The notes below the pieces were generated by a model. That model made no database searches. It was given only the letters and a program-made list of their open reading frames with translations, and was not told the DNA's origin. A program made the position numbers and the translations under genes. Below are positions 30,397 to 41,180 of a DNA stretch of 64,000 bases, piece after piece. How positions within the stretch are numbered: position 1 is the stretch's first letter; the number at the start of each line of letters is the position of its first letter. Source of the DNA: Ardenticatenia bacterium (GTDB lineage: Bacteria > Chloroflexota > Anaerolineae > 4572-78 > NAK82); contig QEXY01000005.1 in NCBI GenBank assembly GCA_003130875.1, forward strand, positions 14,799 to 78,798. The letters run 5' to 3'.

Positions 30397-31050
30397 TTGT
30401 GGCTGGTCATGAGCAAGTGCTTCGTGGCAATTGCCGGCAATATCGGAGTGGGTAAAAGCAGTTTGACCACTTTGCTGGCGCAGCGTTTGAGTTGGCAGCC
30501 TCTCTACGAGGCAGTGGCAGAGAATCCCTATCTGGCTGATTTCTACGAGGATATGCGCCGTTGGAGCTTCCATTCGCAGGTGTTCTTCCTGACACGCCGC
30601 GTACGTCATCACCAGAAGATTGTGTGCAGTCCCTATCCCGTTGTGCAAGATCGCACCGTGTACGAAGATGCTGAAATTTTCGCACGCAATTTATATGAAC
30701 AGGGCCATATGGACGCGCGCGACTATGCTACCTATGTCGCTCTGTATGAGGTGTTCCGCCAGATGCTGCCGCCGCCACACCTGCTCGTCTATCTGAAAGC
30801 GTCTGTGCCCGTGTTATTACAACGAATTGCATTGCGCGGGCGTGATTTCGAACGACACATCTCACCTGGCTATCTGGAACGTCTGAATATACTGTATGAG
30901 AACTGGATCGCAACCTTTACGCTATGCCCGGTGCTCACCATCGATACCGACCTGCTCGATTTTGTCCACTTCACCGCGGATACGGAGGAGGTTGTGGCGC
31001 GCATCCAAGATCGCTGTGCAGGATTCCTTACAGCTGGAGGTGGTTCATGA
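30397..31050 (+). CDS. Deoxynucleoside kinase
   Basis: It has the P-loop IAGNIGVGKSS, DRTVYED and the Arg-rich lid RIALRGRDFER. The start may be ATG 30409. Confidence 0.8.
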   Translation: MWLVMSKCFVAIAGNIGVGKSSLTTLLAQRLSWQPLYEAVAENPYLADFYEDMRRWSFHSQVFFLTRRVRHHQKIVCSPYPVVQDRTVYEDAEIFARNLYEQGHMDARDYATYVALYEVFRQMLPPPHLLVYLKASVPVLLQRIALRGRDFERHISPGYLERLNILYENWIATFTLCPVLTIDTDLLDFVHFTADTEEVVARIQDRCAGFLTAGGGS

Positions 31051-31769
31051 GTGACCTTGACTATGTCGAATCCGCGCTTGGTCTGAAGTTCCATGATCGT
31101 ACCTTGCTGATTCGCGCCCTGACCCACCGTTCTTATATCAACGAGAACCCGGACTTTGTGCTGGAAGATAACCAGCGCCTGGAATTCCTCGGTGATGCCG
31201 TGCTGGACTATGTCACAGCGGAGTATCTGTACCATCACTTCCCTGAGATGCGTGAGGGAGAGCTGACTCGCCTGCGCGCCGCGCTGGTGCGCACAGAGAC
31301 GCTGGCACGTCTGGCACAACAAATTGGCCTGTCCCGTTTCATCCGTCTGGGGCGCGGCGAGGAAGAATCAGGTGGGCGAGAGCGCCCAGCCGTCCTCTGC
31401 GATTGTTTCGAAGCGTTGATCGGTGCCCTATGTCTGGACCAAGGGCTGGAAGCGGCGCGTGACTATGTGGCACGTCTGATCGCACCCGCTTTGGAGCAGA
31501 TTATCAGCAGCGAAGCAGACAAGGATGCCAAGAGCCATCTCCAGGAAATCAGTCAGCGTTACCTGCAGATCACCCCGACTTATCGCACTCTGGCAGAGGA
31601 GGGGCCCGATCATGCGCGGGTGTTCACCGTTGCCGCACTTATCGGGGAGTGCATGTATGGCGTGGGTAAGGGGAGCAGCAAACAACGCGCTGCACAGGCT
31701 GCAGCGCGTGCTGCATTGGAACGGCTGGAACAAGAGCTCGCTCAACGCGTTGAAACTGAGGAGCGCTGA
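31047..31769 (+). CDS. rnc: Ribonuclease III
   Basis: I trimmed the 30924 ORF to ATG 31047, which overlaps the dNK stop as ATGA. It has the signature NQRLEFLGDAVLD, CFEALIGAL and a C-terminal dsRBD. Confidence 0.9.
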   Translation: MSDLDYVESALGLKFHDRTLLIRALTHRSYINENPDFVLEDNQRLEFLGDAVLDYVTAEYLYHHFPEMREGELTRLRAALVRTETLARLAQQIGLSRFIRLGRGEEESGGRERPAVLCDCFEALIGALCLDQGLEAARDYVARLIAPALEQIISSEADKDAKSHLQEISQRYLQITPTYRTLAEEGPDHARVFTVAALIGECMYGVGKGSSKQRAAQAAARAALERLEQELAQRVETEER

Positions 31770-31836
31770 ATAAGAGTGGTTGAAAGGAGACAAGCGCTCC
31801 TTGCAATCTTGCGAACCGTGTTGATGCACCGAAGAA

Positions 31837-32346
31837 TCACGCGCGTTTGAACCATTCCGACTCGTGGCGCAGCAGCGCCGCTTTGCGCTCTATCCCCCAG
31901 CGATATCCGCCCAGCGCACCATCTCCGCGCACTACACGATGACAAGGGATAAGGAGAGCGACCGGATTGGTTGCACATGCGCGTGCCACGGCGCGCGCGG
32001 CACTGGTCCTTCCGATTGCGGCAGCCACTTGCGCATAGGTGCGCGTTTGACCACAGGGGATGCGTTGCAATACCTGCCACACCTCCTTCTGAAACGGGGT
32101 GGCGCGGACATCCAAAGGCAACACAGGAAGTATATGACGGCCCTCAAGATAAGCCAGAATCGGTGTGATGAGATCGCGTAGAGCGACTTCGTCACGTTCT
32201 AAAGCTGCTGTGGTAAATTCGCAACGTAGCAGCGCTTCCAGCTCAGTCGCCTCATCCCCCAGATTGAGGGAGCAAACACCACGCTCGGTAGCGGCAAGCA
32301 ATAACCATCCCAGCGAACAGGGTATACATGCGTAGCGAATAGGCAT
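31837..32346 (-). CDS. ogt: Methylated-DNA--protein-cysteine methyltransferase
   Basis: The active site is LLIPCHRVVRGDGALGGY. It also has TPFQKEVWQVLQRIPCGQTRTY. Confidence 0.85.
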   Translation of the reverse strand: MPIRYACIPCSLGWLLLAATERGVCSLNLGDEATELEALLRCEFTTAALERDEVALRDLITPILAYLEGRHILPVLPLDVRATPFQKEVWQVLQRIPCGQTRTYAQVAAAIGRTSAARAVARACATNPVALLIPCHRVVRGDGALGGYRWGIERKAALLRHESEWFKRA

Positions 32347-32352
32347 ATTATC

Positions 32353-32850
32353 TCAGCTGATTGTGATCAGGATCTGATTCTGCTCCACTCGGTCGCCCAC
32401 TTTGACGCGCACACTGCGTACAGTGCCACTCCGTGGCGATTTGAATTCGTTCTGCATCTTCATCGATTCGAGCACGATGACGCGTTCACCGGCAGTCACC
32501 TCCTGGCCAGCGACGACAGACACATCCACCACCACGCCTGGCATTGGCGCTTTAATGAGAACCTCGCCTGCCGGCGTCACTGGCATTCGTTGCAGACCAG
32601 CCAGCCGGCGCGTGCGTTCATCCTCGACTTTGACTTCGAAAATGCCTTCCTGCATCACAAGCAAGTAGCGCTCTTCTTGCTCGTCAATGTAGACATCATA
32701 GGAACGGCCATCCACCAGGAGGGAGAACAGGCGCGATCGGCCAATGCTTTGCATATCGGTGACATGTGGCACACCGTTGACCGTCACCTCACCAGCGCGA
32801 TTAATCTCGATGACGTACTCCTTGTCCTCAATGGTAGCGATGTATTTCAT
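32353..32850 (-). CDS. Biotin carboxyl carrier protein subunit
   Basis: I trimmed to ATG 32850, which has a GGGAGA SD. The biotinyl-Lys motif is LESMKMQNE. Confidence 0.8.
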   Translation of the reverse strand: MKYIATIEDKEYVIEINRAGEVTVNGVPHVTDMQSIGRSRLFSLLVDGRSYDVYIDEQEERYLLVMQEGIFEVKVEDERTRRLAGLQRMPVTPAGEVLIKAPMPGVVVDVSVVAGQEVTAGERVIVLESMKMQNEFKSPRSGTVRSVRVKVGDRVEQNQILITIS

Positions 32851-32867
32851 AGCTTTCTCCCACTCGC

Positions 32868-34364
32868 TCAGCGCAGAGGCTGACGCAGCGCGGCGCGACG
32901 CGCCGCCATTTTCCAAGGACTGAGACGATCCTGGTGAAGCAACACAGCTTGCTGGGTGCGCTGATGAGCGAACAGGGTGGCAGCAATGGCAGCCACTTCG
33001 GGTATATGGGGTTGTACAGTTTGTTCGATAGTGAAATGGTTCTCCAGGAAGCGTGTATCCAATTGACCTCCCTGATAACGTGTGCTGTTCATTACCTGAA
33101 TATGGAATGGGATGGTTGTCTTCACACCCATAATCTGGTATTCCACCAACGCGCGGCGCATACGCAAGATGGCCTCAGCGCGCGTCTCGCCCCAGACGAT
33201 CAACTTGGCAATCAGGGAATCGTAATATGGAGTGATTTGCATCCCTTGATAAATCCCACTTTCCAGACGCACCCCAGGACCGGTCGGTTCCCACAGACCC
33301 ACGATTTCACCCGTGGATGGAATAAAGTTATGGTAAGGGTCTTCAGCCAGTATGCGACATTCGATCGACCATCCGTTAATGCGAATATCTTCTTGAGTAT
33401 AGCGTAATTTGCGGCCGGCAGCGATGCGCAACATCTCTTTGACGATGTCGACTCCGGTGACCATTTCAGTCACGGCGTGTTCCACTTGCAGACGTGTGTT
33501 CATCTCCAGGAAGTAGAAGTTGTTGTCCTGGTCCAAGAGGAATTCAACGGTGCCAGCGCTGACATAGCCTGCCTGTTTGGCTACTTTCACCGCCGTCTCT
33601 CCCATGCGCCTTCGTAGATCCTCGTTCAAGGCGAGAGAAGGTGCTTCTTCGATCAGCTTCTGATGTCGTCGCTGGATGGAACACTCGCGTTCGCCGAGAT
33701 GGATGATGTTGCCATGTTGATCGGCCAAGATTTGGAACTCGATGTGCCGGATGGTGTCCAGCATTTTCTCCAAGTACACACGATCGTCTCCGAAGGCAGC
33801 TCGGGCTTCGTTGCGCGCAATGCGAAGTGCTTCAGGTAGTTCCTCCGGTGTGTTCACGCGACGCATTCCCTTGCCACCGCCCCCTGCGGCTGCCTTCACG
33901 AGCAAAGGAAAGCCGATAGCCGCACATTTTGCCGCCAAATCGTCATCGTGCAGGGTTTCCTGGACTCCAGGGATAATTGGGACGCCGGCTGCTGCCATCG
34001 TGTCTCGGGCCACCGTTTTGTCACCCATCATACGCATTGCCGCAGGGGGTGGCCCAATCCAGATAAGACCGGCATCCAGGACCGCCTGGGCGAATTCGGG
34101 ATTTTCGGCCAGAAAACCATAACCTGGATGGATGCCATCAACCTGGGCTTTCTTGGCCACATCAATGATACGATCGATGCGCAGATAACTTTCGATGGCA
34201 GGTGCTGGGCCGATACAATATGCCTCTTGCGCGTGGCGCACATGAGGTGCGGTACGATCCGCCTCCGAGTAGACCGCCACCGTGGCCAGGCCCATTTCCT
34301 GACAGGCGCGCATAATGCGCACTGCAATTTCACCGCGATTGGCGACCAACACCTTTCTGAGCAT
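32868..34364 (-). CDS. accC: Biotin carboxylase subunit of an acyl-CoA carboxylase
   Basis: It has [20 protein letters not shown]-grasp motifs and [13 protein letters not shown] 34364 is the preferred start. Confidence 0.9.
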   Translation of the reverse strand: MLRKVLVANRGEIAVRIMRACQEMGLATVAVYSEADRTAPHVRHAQEAYCIGPAPAIESYLRIDRIIDVAKKAQVDGIHPGYGFLAENPEFAQAVLDAGLIWIGPPPAAMRMMGDKTVARDTMAAAGVPIIPGVQETLHDDDLAAKCAAIGFPLLVKAAAGGGGKGMRRVNTPEELPEALRIARNEARAAFGDDRVYLEKMLDTIRHIEFQILADQHGNIIHLGERECSIQRRHQKLIEEAPSLALNEDLRRRMGETAVKVAKQAGYVSAGTVEFLLDQDNNFYFLEMNTRLQVEHAVTEMVTGVDIVKEMLRIAAGRKLRYTQEDIRINGWSIECRILAEDPYHNFIPSTGEIVGLWEPTGPGVRLESGIYQGMQITPYYDSLIAKLIVWGETRAEAILRMRRALVEYQIMGVKTTIPFHIQVMNSTRYQGGQLDTRFLENHFTIEQTVQPHIPEVAAIAATLFAHQRTQQAVLLHQDRLSPWKMAARRAALRQPLR

Positions 34365-34378
34365 AGTGCACGACAACC

Positions 34379-35929
34379 CTATAGCGGGATGTTACCATGT
34401 TTCTTGGGAGGATTCTGATCGCGCTTGTTTTGGAGCATCTCCAATGCGTTGATCAAGCGGGGACGGGTATGGCTGGGCTCGATGATGTCGTCCAGATAAC
34501 CCCAGCTGGCTGCGACATAAGGATTGGCAAAAGTGGCACGATACTCTTCGATGAGTCGGGCACGTAGACCCTCTGGATCATCCGCCTCGGCCAGCTCCTT
34601 TCGATACAGGACGTTGATGGCGCCTTCTGCACCCATCACGGCGATCTCGGCACTGGGCCAGGCCAGGTTAACATCACCCCGAATATGCTTACTGGAGATC
34701 ACAATATAAGCACCTCCGTAGGCTTTACGGGTGATCACTGTGATCTTGGGTACGGTAGCCTCACAGTAAGCATATAACAACTTGGCGCCGTTGCGGATAA
34801 TCCCTCCCCGTTCCTGATCCAGGCCGGGCAGGAAGCCAGGTACGTCTTCGAAAGTGATAATGGGAATATTAAAGGCGTCACAAAAACGTACAAAACGCGC
34901 CCCTTTGATTGAAGCGTTATTGTCCAAAGCCCCTGCCAACACACTAGGCTGGGATGCGACGATGCCCACCGATCTGCCGTTGAGGCGTGCAAATCCCACA
35001 ATCATATTAGGAGCAAAATTTTCCATTACTTCTAGAAAATCCCCGTTATCCACTACAGTATGGATCACTTTTTTCATATCGTAGGGCTGGGTAGGGTCGT
35101 CCGGCACAATGGTATTCAAGCTGTCATCCGTGCGCAAAGGGTCATCACGACAGGGTACGATGGGTGGATCTTCCATATTATTCTGGGGCAAGAAGCTCAT
35201 CAGCCGTCGCAGAATGTAGATCGCATCTTCTTCGTTCTCAGCGATGAAGTGCGCCACACCACTCTCTGTGTTGTGCATCCATGCCCCACCCAGGTCTTCA
35301 AATGAGACCTCTTGTCCAGTGACCGCCTTTACAACATCAGGACCAGTGACGAACATATAACTAGTGTTCTTCACCATGATGACAAAGTCCATTACCGCTG
35401 GGGAGTAGACGGCACCTCCTGCGCAGGGTCCCATAATGCAGGAGATTTGAGGGATCACACCGCTAGCCATGACATTGCGCAGAAAGATATCCCCATATCC
35501 TCCGAGTGCTACCACTCCCTCTTGGATACGGGCACCGCCTGAATCGTTCAGGCCAACCACAGGCGCGCCGTTTTTCATAGCTAAATCCAGTACCTTGCAG
35601 ATTTTATCGGCATGGGCACGCCCCAAGCTGCCGCCCATAACAGTGAAGTCCTGGGCAAACACAAACGTGAGACGTCCATCGATAGTGCCATATCCGGTCA
35701 CGACACCGTCACCCAGGGGCTTGTGCTTTTCCATGCCGAAACCGGTGGCGCGGTGGGTTACGAAACAATCGATCTCACGAAAGGATCCCTCGTCCAGAAG
35801 GAGCTCCAGCCGTTCATGAGCGGTGAGCTTTCCCGCCTTGTGCTGTCGCTCGATCCGCTCCGGCCCGCCTCCTTGCCTGCTCAGGGCTTTCATCTCGCGC
35901 AAGCGCTTGATTGAAGGGGTTAGGCTCAT
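34379..35929 (-). CDS. Acyl-CoA carboxylase carboxyltransferase (PccB / methylmalonyl-CoA carboxyltransferase 12S-like)
   Basis: I trimmed to ATG 35929, which has an AAGGA SD. It has [27 protein letters not shown] and the two-domain crotonase-fold pattern. Confidence 0.9.
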   Translation of the reverse strand: MSLTPSIKRLREMKALSRQGGGPERIERQHKAGKLTAHERLELLLDEGSFREIDCFVTHRATGFGMEKHKPLGDGVVTGYGTIDGRLTFVFAQDFTVMGGSLGRAHADKICKVLDLAMKNGAPVVGLNDSGGARIQEGVVALGGYGDIFLRNVMASGVIPQISCIMGPCAGGAVYSPAVMDFVIMVKNTSYMFVTGPDVVKAVTGQEVSFEDLGGAWMHNTESGVAHFIAENEEDAIYILRRLMSFLPQNNMEDPPIVPCRDDPLRTDDSLNTIVPDDPTQPYDMKKVIHTVVDNGDFLEVMENFAPNMIVGFARLNGRSVGIVASQPSVLAGALDNNASIKGARFVRFCDAFNIPIITFEDVPGFLPGLDQERGGIIRNGAKLLYAYCEATVPKITVITRKAYGGAYIVISSKHIRGDVNLAWPSAEIAVMGAEGAINVLYRKELAEADDPEGLRARLIEEYRATFANPYVAASWGYLDDIIEPSHTRPRLINALEMLQNKRDQNPPKKHGNIPL

Positions 35930-36332
35930 AGTCCTTATCCTTCCCGACCTTTCTTGAGTGCTAGACAATCTCGAGGGAATAGCAAAGGTGACCTCAACAG
36001 CGCTGCTAGGCAGATGGGCTCTCGTCGCTTCGGTCACCTTTGCATCTGCCAAATATACAAAACACTTGACCAGCCGCTTCGTTGTGCAGATGGTTCTGTT
36101 CCGCGAACTATCATACCATATGTGGCAAGAGCGAATCAAAAGAGAGTGTTGAAAAATCATTTTTGACAAACTGAAACTTTGACATTAAAATATTAGTGAT
36201 TTTGTATGCGCCGCGCTGATGCGTTGCCCCTGCGCGATGTCTCTGCGCTCTCTGTACCATCCATTGCTGATGTCTTGATCTCAGAAATCATCTTCATCCT
36301 GATTAAAAAGGAGACAGTAAGGAGTCAGAAAG

Positions 36333-37490
36333 ATGAGAATCGGAGTACTTACTGGCGGTGGTGATGTTCCTGGGCTTAACCCGACCATCAAGGCGCTGGT
36401 ATATCGCGCTCAGGAAGAGGGACATGAGGTTATCGGCTTTCGGCGCGGATGGTGGGGACCCTTGCACTACAACTTAGAAGATAATATGTACAACTGGAAG
36501 TGCGCTGTCCGCCTCGACAAGAACGCCGTGCGCACAGTAGACCGCACGGGCGGCACATTCTTGCACACATCGCGTACACGCCCTTCACATGTTCCTAGCA
36601 AGGATTTGCCAGAATTCTTGCGTCAGGCAGACTGGGACCCCAATGATGGCAAAATCCACGACTGCACACCCCATGTGCTTAAGGTGCTCGAGCATCTGGG
36701 CATCGACGTGTTGGTGCCCATCGGGGGCGATGATACGCTCAGCTATGGCCTGCGCTTGCACGAGGAAGGAGTGCCTATTGTCGCTATTCCCAAGACAATG
36801 GATAACGATGTGTTCGGCACCGATTACTGCATCGGTTTCTCCACTGCTGTGACGCGCAGTGTCAATTTTATTCATAATCTACGTACCTCGGCTGGCTCTC
36901 ACGAGCGCATCGGGGTCATCGAACTTTTCGGACGCAACTCAGGAGAGACTTCATTAATCGCCGCCTACTTGAGTGGTGTCGACCGCGCCATCATCTCGGA
37001 GGTGCCATTTGACCCTGAGAAGTTGGCCCGGCTCGTCATGGAGGACAAGCGTAATAATCCGAGCAATTACGCGATGATTACTATCTCGGAAGGCGCTCAA
37101 ATGATCGGCGACAAAGTGATTGAGTACGGTGAACCGGATGCTTACGGACATCGCAAGCTGGGCGGCATTGGCATTGTAACCGGTGATGTGCTGAAGAAGC
37201 TCACTGGTGAGCATATCCTTTATCAGCAAGTCGCGTACTTGATGCGTTCCGGCGCACCCGACTCGGTCGATTTGATGGTGGGCTTCAACTTCGCCAACAT
37301 GGCAATGGATCTGATTGTCGAACGCCAGTTCGGCCGTATGGTGGCCATTCAAAAAGGCGTCTACACCAATGTACCCATTGAGATAGTCTCCCAAGGTGTC
37401 AAGCGCGTTGACGTAGACGAGTTGTACGACGTGGATCAGTACCGTCCCAAGGTACGCCACGTGAACGGTAAGCCGATGTTCTTGTACTAG
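36333..37490 (+). CDS. pfp: 6-phosphofructokinase, predicted PPi-dependent
   Basis: It has [21 protein letters not shown] (Asp where ATP-PFKs have Gly) and PKTMDND (Lys where ATP-PFKs have Gly) fit the established residue-104/124 discriminator rule. Confidence 0.8.
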   Translation: MRIGVLTGGGDVPGLNPTIKALVYRAQEEGHEVIGFRRGWWGPLHYNLEDNMYNWKCAVRLDKNAVRTVDRTGGTFLHTSRTRPSHVPSKDLPEFLRQADWDPNDGKIHDCTPHVLKVLEHLGIDVLVPIGGDDTLSYGLRLHEEGVPIVAIPKTMDNDVFGTDYCIGFSTAVTRSVNFIHNLRTSAGSHERIGVIELFGRNSGETSLIAAYLSGVDRAIISEVPFDPEKLARLVMEDKRNNPSNYAMITISEGAQMIGDKVIEYGEPDAYGHRKLGGIGIVTGDVLKKLTGEHILYQQVAYLMRSGAPDSVDLMVGFNFANMAMDLIVERQFGRMVAIQKGVYTNVPIEIVSQGVKRVDVDELYDVDQYRPKVRHVNGKPMFLY

Positions 37491-37519
37491 CTCAGGTACT
37501 GAAGATATAATTGGTGAGC

Positions 37520-37557
37520 GCCTCGCCCTTCTTTCTCGAGAAGGGCGAGGCATTTTT
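37520..37557 (+). terminator. Rho-independent terminator after pfp
   Basis: A perfect 13-bp stem GCCTCGCCCTTCT / AGAAGGGCGAGGC encloses a 6-nt loop. ATTTTT follows. Confidence 0.8.
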
Positions 37558-37662
37558 CCCTCTTAGGGGACTCTCGGCCCGGGGTAGGTTGTTCATCTGC
37601 GTTGGTTTCGTGGTACACTTATACCAGATCACTTCCCTAATAGGGTTTCAAGGAGGTTTATT

Positions 37663-38640
37663 ATGGAGACGCGTCAGCTGGGCTTCACCGATCTGCATTT
37701 CAGCACTATCGGCTTGGGCGCTTGGGCAATGGGCGGTGGAGGCTATGTCTTCGGCTGGGGACCTCAGGATGACACCGAATCAATTGCCACCATCCACCGT
37801 GCGTTAGATGAGGGCATCAACTGGATCGATACCGCACCAGGATATGGCCGCGGTCATTCCGAAGAAGTGGTGGGCAAAGCATTGGTAGGGCGACGTCACC
37901 AGGTGTACATCGCTACCAAATGTGGCATTCATGTGCTGCCCAATGGCGAGCTCACCTTCCGGCTCAAACGCGATTCCGTGCGTCAGGAAATTGAGGATAG
38001 TTTGCGCCGTCTGCAAACCGACGTGATCGATTTGTACCAGATCCACTGGCCGCGTCCTGATGAGGACATCGAGGAGGCATGGGGTGTCATCGCTGATGCC
38101 ATCCGTGCGGGCAAGATTCGCTACGGCGGCGTCTCCAACTTTAACATCAGCCAGATGGAACGACTGCAGGCCATTCATCCTATCGCTTCCTTGCAACCAC
38201 CCTATAGTATGCTGAACCGCGAAATCGAGTCCGAGATCTTGTCTTATTGTGCAGCCCACAAGATCGGGGTCATCGTCTACAGCCCGATGGAGCGTGGTCT
38301 GCTCACCGGCAAAATAACCCGGGAGCGCATTCAAGCGATGCCGGAGGATGACCATCGCAAGCGTTATGCACCCTTCCAGGAACCTCAGTTGAGCGTCAAT
38401 TTGCGTTTGGTGGAGCAGCTGCGCCCAATTGCTCAACGCAACGGCAAGACGTTGGCCCAGCTGGCACTAGCATGGGTACTGCGTCGCCCCGAAGTGACCG
38501 GTGCGATTGCCGGTGCACGACATCCCGACCAAGTATCCGAGCTGGTGGGCGCCAGTGGATGGAAGCTCTCGGATGCTGACTTGCAGGAAATAGAAACTCT
38601 TTTGATGCAACGCCAGCAGACACTTGCTGAAATGGCATGA
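37663..38640 (+). CDS. Aldo/keto reductase
   Basis: It has GLGAWAMGG, IDTAPGYGRGHSEEVVG and YQIHWP, at a typical length of about 325 aa. Confidence 0.85.
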   Translation: METRQLGFTDLHFSTIGLGAWAMGGGGYVFGWGPQDDTESIATIHRALDEGINWIDTAPGYGRGHSEEVVGKALVGRRHQVYIATKCGIHVLPNGELTFRLKRDSVRQEIEDSLRRLQTDVIDLYQIHWPRPDEDIEEAWGVIADAIRAGKIRYGGVSNFNISQMERLQAIHPIASLQPPYSMLNREIESEILSYCAAHKIGVIVYSPMERGLLTGKITRERIQAMPEDDHRKRYAPFQEPQLSVNLRLVEQLRPIAQRNGKTLAQLALAWVLRRPEVTGAIAGARHPDQVSELVGASGWKLSDADLQEIETLLMQRQQTLAEMA

Positions 38641-38688
38641 TAGATAAAGGTATATCCGCTTTAAACTTCTCCTTTAGAATTATAAAAA

Positions 38689-38735
38689 AGCTGCGTCCTA
38701 AAATCTTCTATTAAATAGGCGTAGCTCTTTTTGTT
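38689..38735 (+). terminator. Possible terminator (imperfect stem plus T-run) in an AT-rich spacer
   Basis: AGCTGCGTCCTA pairs with TAGGCGTAGCT through 11 pairs that include one G-U wobble, plus one bulged base. CTTTTTGTT follows. Confidence 0.4.
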
Positions 38736-38906
38736 CGTCGGATGCGACGACGTTTCTCTCATTCATCCGCTTGATTCCACCTCGATTTGCATTCCAACAA
38801 GATCTCCAGTAGAAAATAGCCTATCCCAATCGATTAACTGTTAAAGACCGGCATAGTTTTGTGTGAGCTGAGATGGATTCTAGTTTTGACGGCGGAGAGA
38901 TATGTG

Positions 38907-41180
38907 ATGAGAAAGGCGAGGATCGTGCGACGTGATTACAGTTTGATTGGCAAGGATGCAGCTCTGGCGGTCGAGAAAGGCTTGGCCAATGCTCCGTGGT
39001 ATACGCCCCCCGTCCCCAAAGAAAAGATGCGTGAGCTGCTCGAGCGACGAGATGGTCCGGCTATCCGTGACACAGTTCTCTGGTTCGTCCTGCTCTTTGC
39101 GTTTGGTCTAGCCGGCTATCTGCTTTGGGGCAGCTATTGGGCCATCATCCCCTTTCTGATATATGGTGTACTCTATGCATCGGTATCCGACTCGCGCTGG
39201 CACGAAACCAGCCACGGCACTGCTTTCAAGACGGACTGGCTGAACAATGTGCTATACGAAATCGCCTCTTTTATGGTGCTGCGTGAGTCAGTGCCATGGC
39301 GCTGGAGTCACACACGGCATCATAGCGACACCATCATTGTGGGCCGTGACCCCGAGATCGCCGTGCCACGTCCGGCGAATCTTTTGGAAATCTTTTCGAA
39401 GTTTTTCAACGGCCAGGCCTGGATCAAATATGTCCGGACGGTCTTCTGGCACTGCCTCGGCAAGATGACACCCGAAGAAAAGACCTACATACCGGAAACG
39501 GAGTATCCTAAGGTGTTCCTCCGCGCATGGATATACGCCTTGATCTATCTCGGGGTTATCGCCCTGGCAGCCTATACCGGCAGCATTTTGCCACTTATGT
39601 ACATCGGTCTGCCCAATTTTTACGGAGCCTGGTTGATGGTTGTATACGGCCTTACACAGCACGCTGGGTTGGCCGAGGACGTCTTGGATCATCGTCTCAA
39701 CACGCGCACCTTCTACATGAATCGGGTGCATCGCTATCTCTACTGGAACATGGGATATCACATCGAGCACCATATGTTCCCGTTAGTGCCATACCATGCA
39801 CTGGATAAGCTCCATGAGGTGGTCAAGCCACACATGCCCAAACCCTATAAAGGGGTTATCGAAGTGTATCGCGAGCTCATCCCAGCGCTGTGGCGTCAAT
39901 CTACGGATCCCACTTACTATGTGAAGCGGGAAGTGCCAATTGTGGAAGAATTGTCAGAGACACAAGTGTCGGCAGCGGTGGCAGTCGAAACAGAGGCCAC
40001 AATCGATGGTTGGGTCAAGGTCTGTCCGTGCCACCAGTTGCAAAACGAAGAAGTGATGCGTTTTGACTATCGCAACAAGGTCTATGCTATCTACCGTACG
40101 GCCGACGGCAACGTCTATGCCACTGATGGTGTCTGTACCCATGGCAACGCCCTGTTGACCGATGGATTTCTGAGAGGCCATCTCATCGAGTGTCCGAAGC
40201 ACAACGGGCGCTTTGACATTCGCGATGGATCTCCTCAACGGCCTCCTGTTTCCATTCCGCTCAAGGCTTATGAAGTGCGCGAGAACGAGGGGCAGGTATG
40301 GCTCAACGTTGCAGTAGCTCGCGGCTCCGGTCTCGCGGAGGCAGCGCCCACGTACACATTCCGGGTCATCCGCAACGAGAATGTCACCCCCGTGATCAAA
40401 GAATTGATCCTCGAGGTGGAGGAGCCTATGTCCGTGCTGACCTACCAGCCCGGCGATTATCTGCAATTCGAGATCCCTGCCTATGCGGAGCGCACGCTAC
40501 ACGACGTCGAGATTAATCCGCCCTATGATAAAGTTTGGAAAGAGCTTCATCTTCATGATCTCAAGGTAGCCAATCCCATCCCATGTCGCCGCAGCTATTC
40601 GTTCGCCAGCAACCCGGCTACGGAACGATATTTGCGTTTTAACGTTCGCCTGGCCACACCTCCGCCGGGGCAAGACGTCTATGCCGGGGTTGGCTCGGCC
40701 TATCTATTTGCCCTGAAACCTGGGGACAAGGTCACGGCAATAGGCCCGTTCGGCGCGTTTCACATCAGGCCGACCGGGCGCGAAATGGTGTATCTGGGCG
40801 GAGGGTCAGGGATGGCGCCACTCCACTCTCATATTGCGTATCTCTTCGAGACTGAGAAGACCTCGCGTCGGGTGAGTTACTGGTTTGGAGCACGTGCGCG
40901 CCGTGATCTATTCTACCAGGATTATTTCGAGCGGCTGGCGGCGCAGCATGCCAATTTCAGCTTCCACGTTGCCCTTTCTGAACCTTTGCCCGAAGATGGA
41001 TGGACCGGACATACCGGCTTCATCCATGAAGTGCTGCGGCGCGAGTACCTGAATACCCATCCCGACCCAACACAGGTCGAATACTATCTGTGCGGTCCGC
41101 TGCCAATGATCCGGGCGGCGGTCGCAATGCTCACCGAACTAGGTGTGGATCAAGACCAGATCATCAGCGATGAGTTTTAG
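38907..41180 (+). CDS. Triple fusion: membrane fatty-acid-desaturase/hydroxylase domain, Rieske [2Fe-2S] domain and NqrF-type FAD/NAD(P)H reductase domain
   Basis: His boxes are HETSHG, HTRHH and HIEHH. The Rieske motif is CTH-x16-CPKH. The FNR domain has RSYSFAS, GGGSGMAP and YYLCGP. The start is ATG 38907 (or GTG 38904) after a GGAGAGA SD. Confidence 0.8.
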   Translation: MRKARIVRRDYSLIGKDAALAVEKGLANAPWYTPPVPKEKMRELLERRDGPAIRDTVLWFVLLFAFGLAGYLLWGSYWAIIPFLIYGVLYASVSDSRWHETSHGTAFKTDWLNNVLYEIASFMVLRESVPWRWSHTRHHSDTIIVGRDPEIAVPRPANLLEIFSKFFNGQAWIKYVRTVFWHCLGKMTPEEKTYIPETEYPKVFLRAWIYALIYLGVIALAAYTGSILPLMYIGLPNFYGAWLMVVYGLTQHAGLAEDVLDHRLNTRTFYMNRVHRYLYWNMGYHIEHHMFPLVPYHALDKLHEVVKPHMPKPYKGVIEVYRELIPALWRQSTDPTYYVKREVPIVEELSETQVSAAVAVETEATIDGWVKVCPCHQLQNEEVMRFDYRNKVYAIYRTADGNVYATDGVCTHGNALLTDGFLRGHLIECPKHNGRFDIRDGSPQRPPVSIPLKAYEVRENEGQVWLNVAVARGSGLAEAAPTYTFRVIRNENVTPVIKELILEVEEPMSVLTYQPGDYLQFEIPAYAERTLHDVEINPPYDKVWKELHLHDLKVANPIPCRRSYSFASNPATERYLRFNVRLATPPPGQDVYAGVGSAYLFALKPGDKVTAIGPFGAFHIRPTGREMVYLGGGSGMAPLHSHIAYLFETEKTSRRVSYWFGARARRDLFYQDYFERLAAQHANFSFHVALSEPLPEDGWTGHTGFIHEVLRREYLNTHPDPTQVEYYLCGPLPMIRAAVAMLTELGVDQDQIISDEF

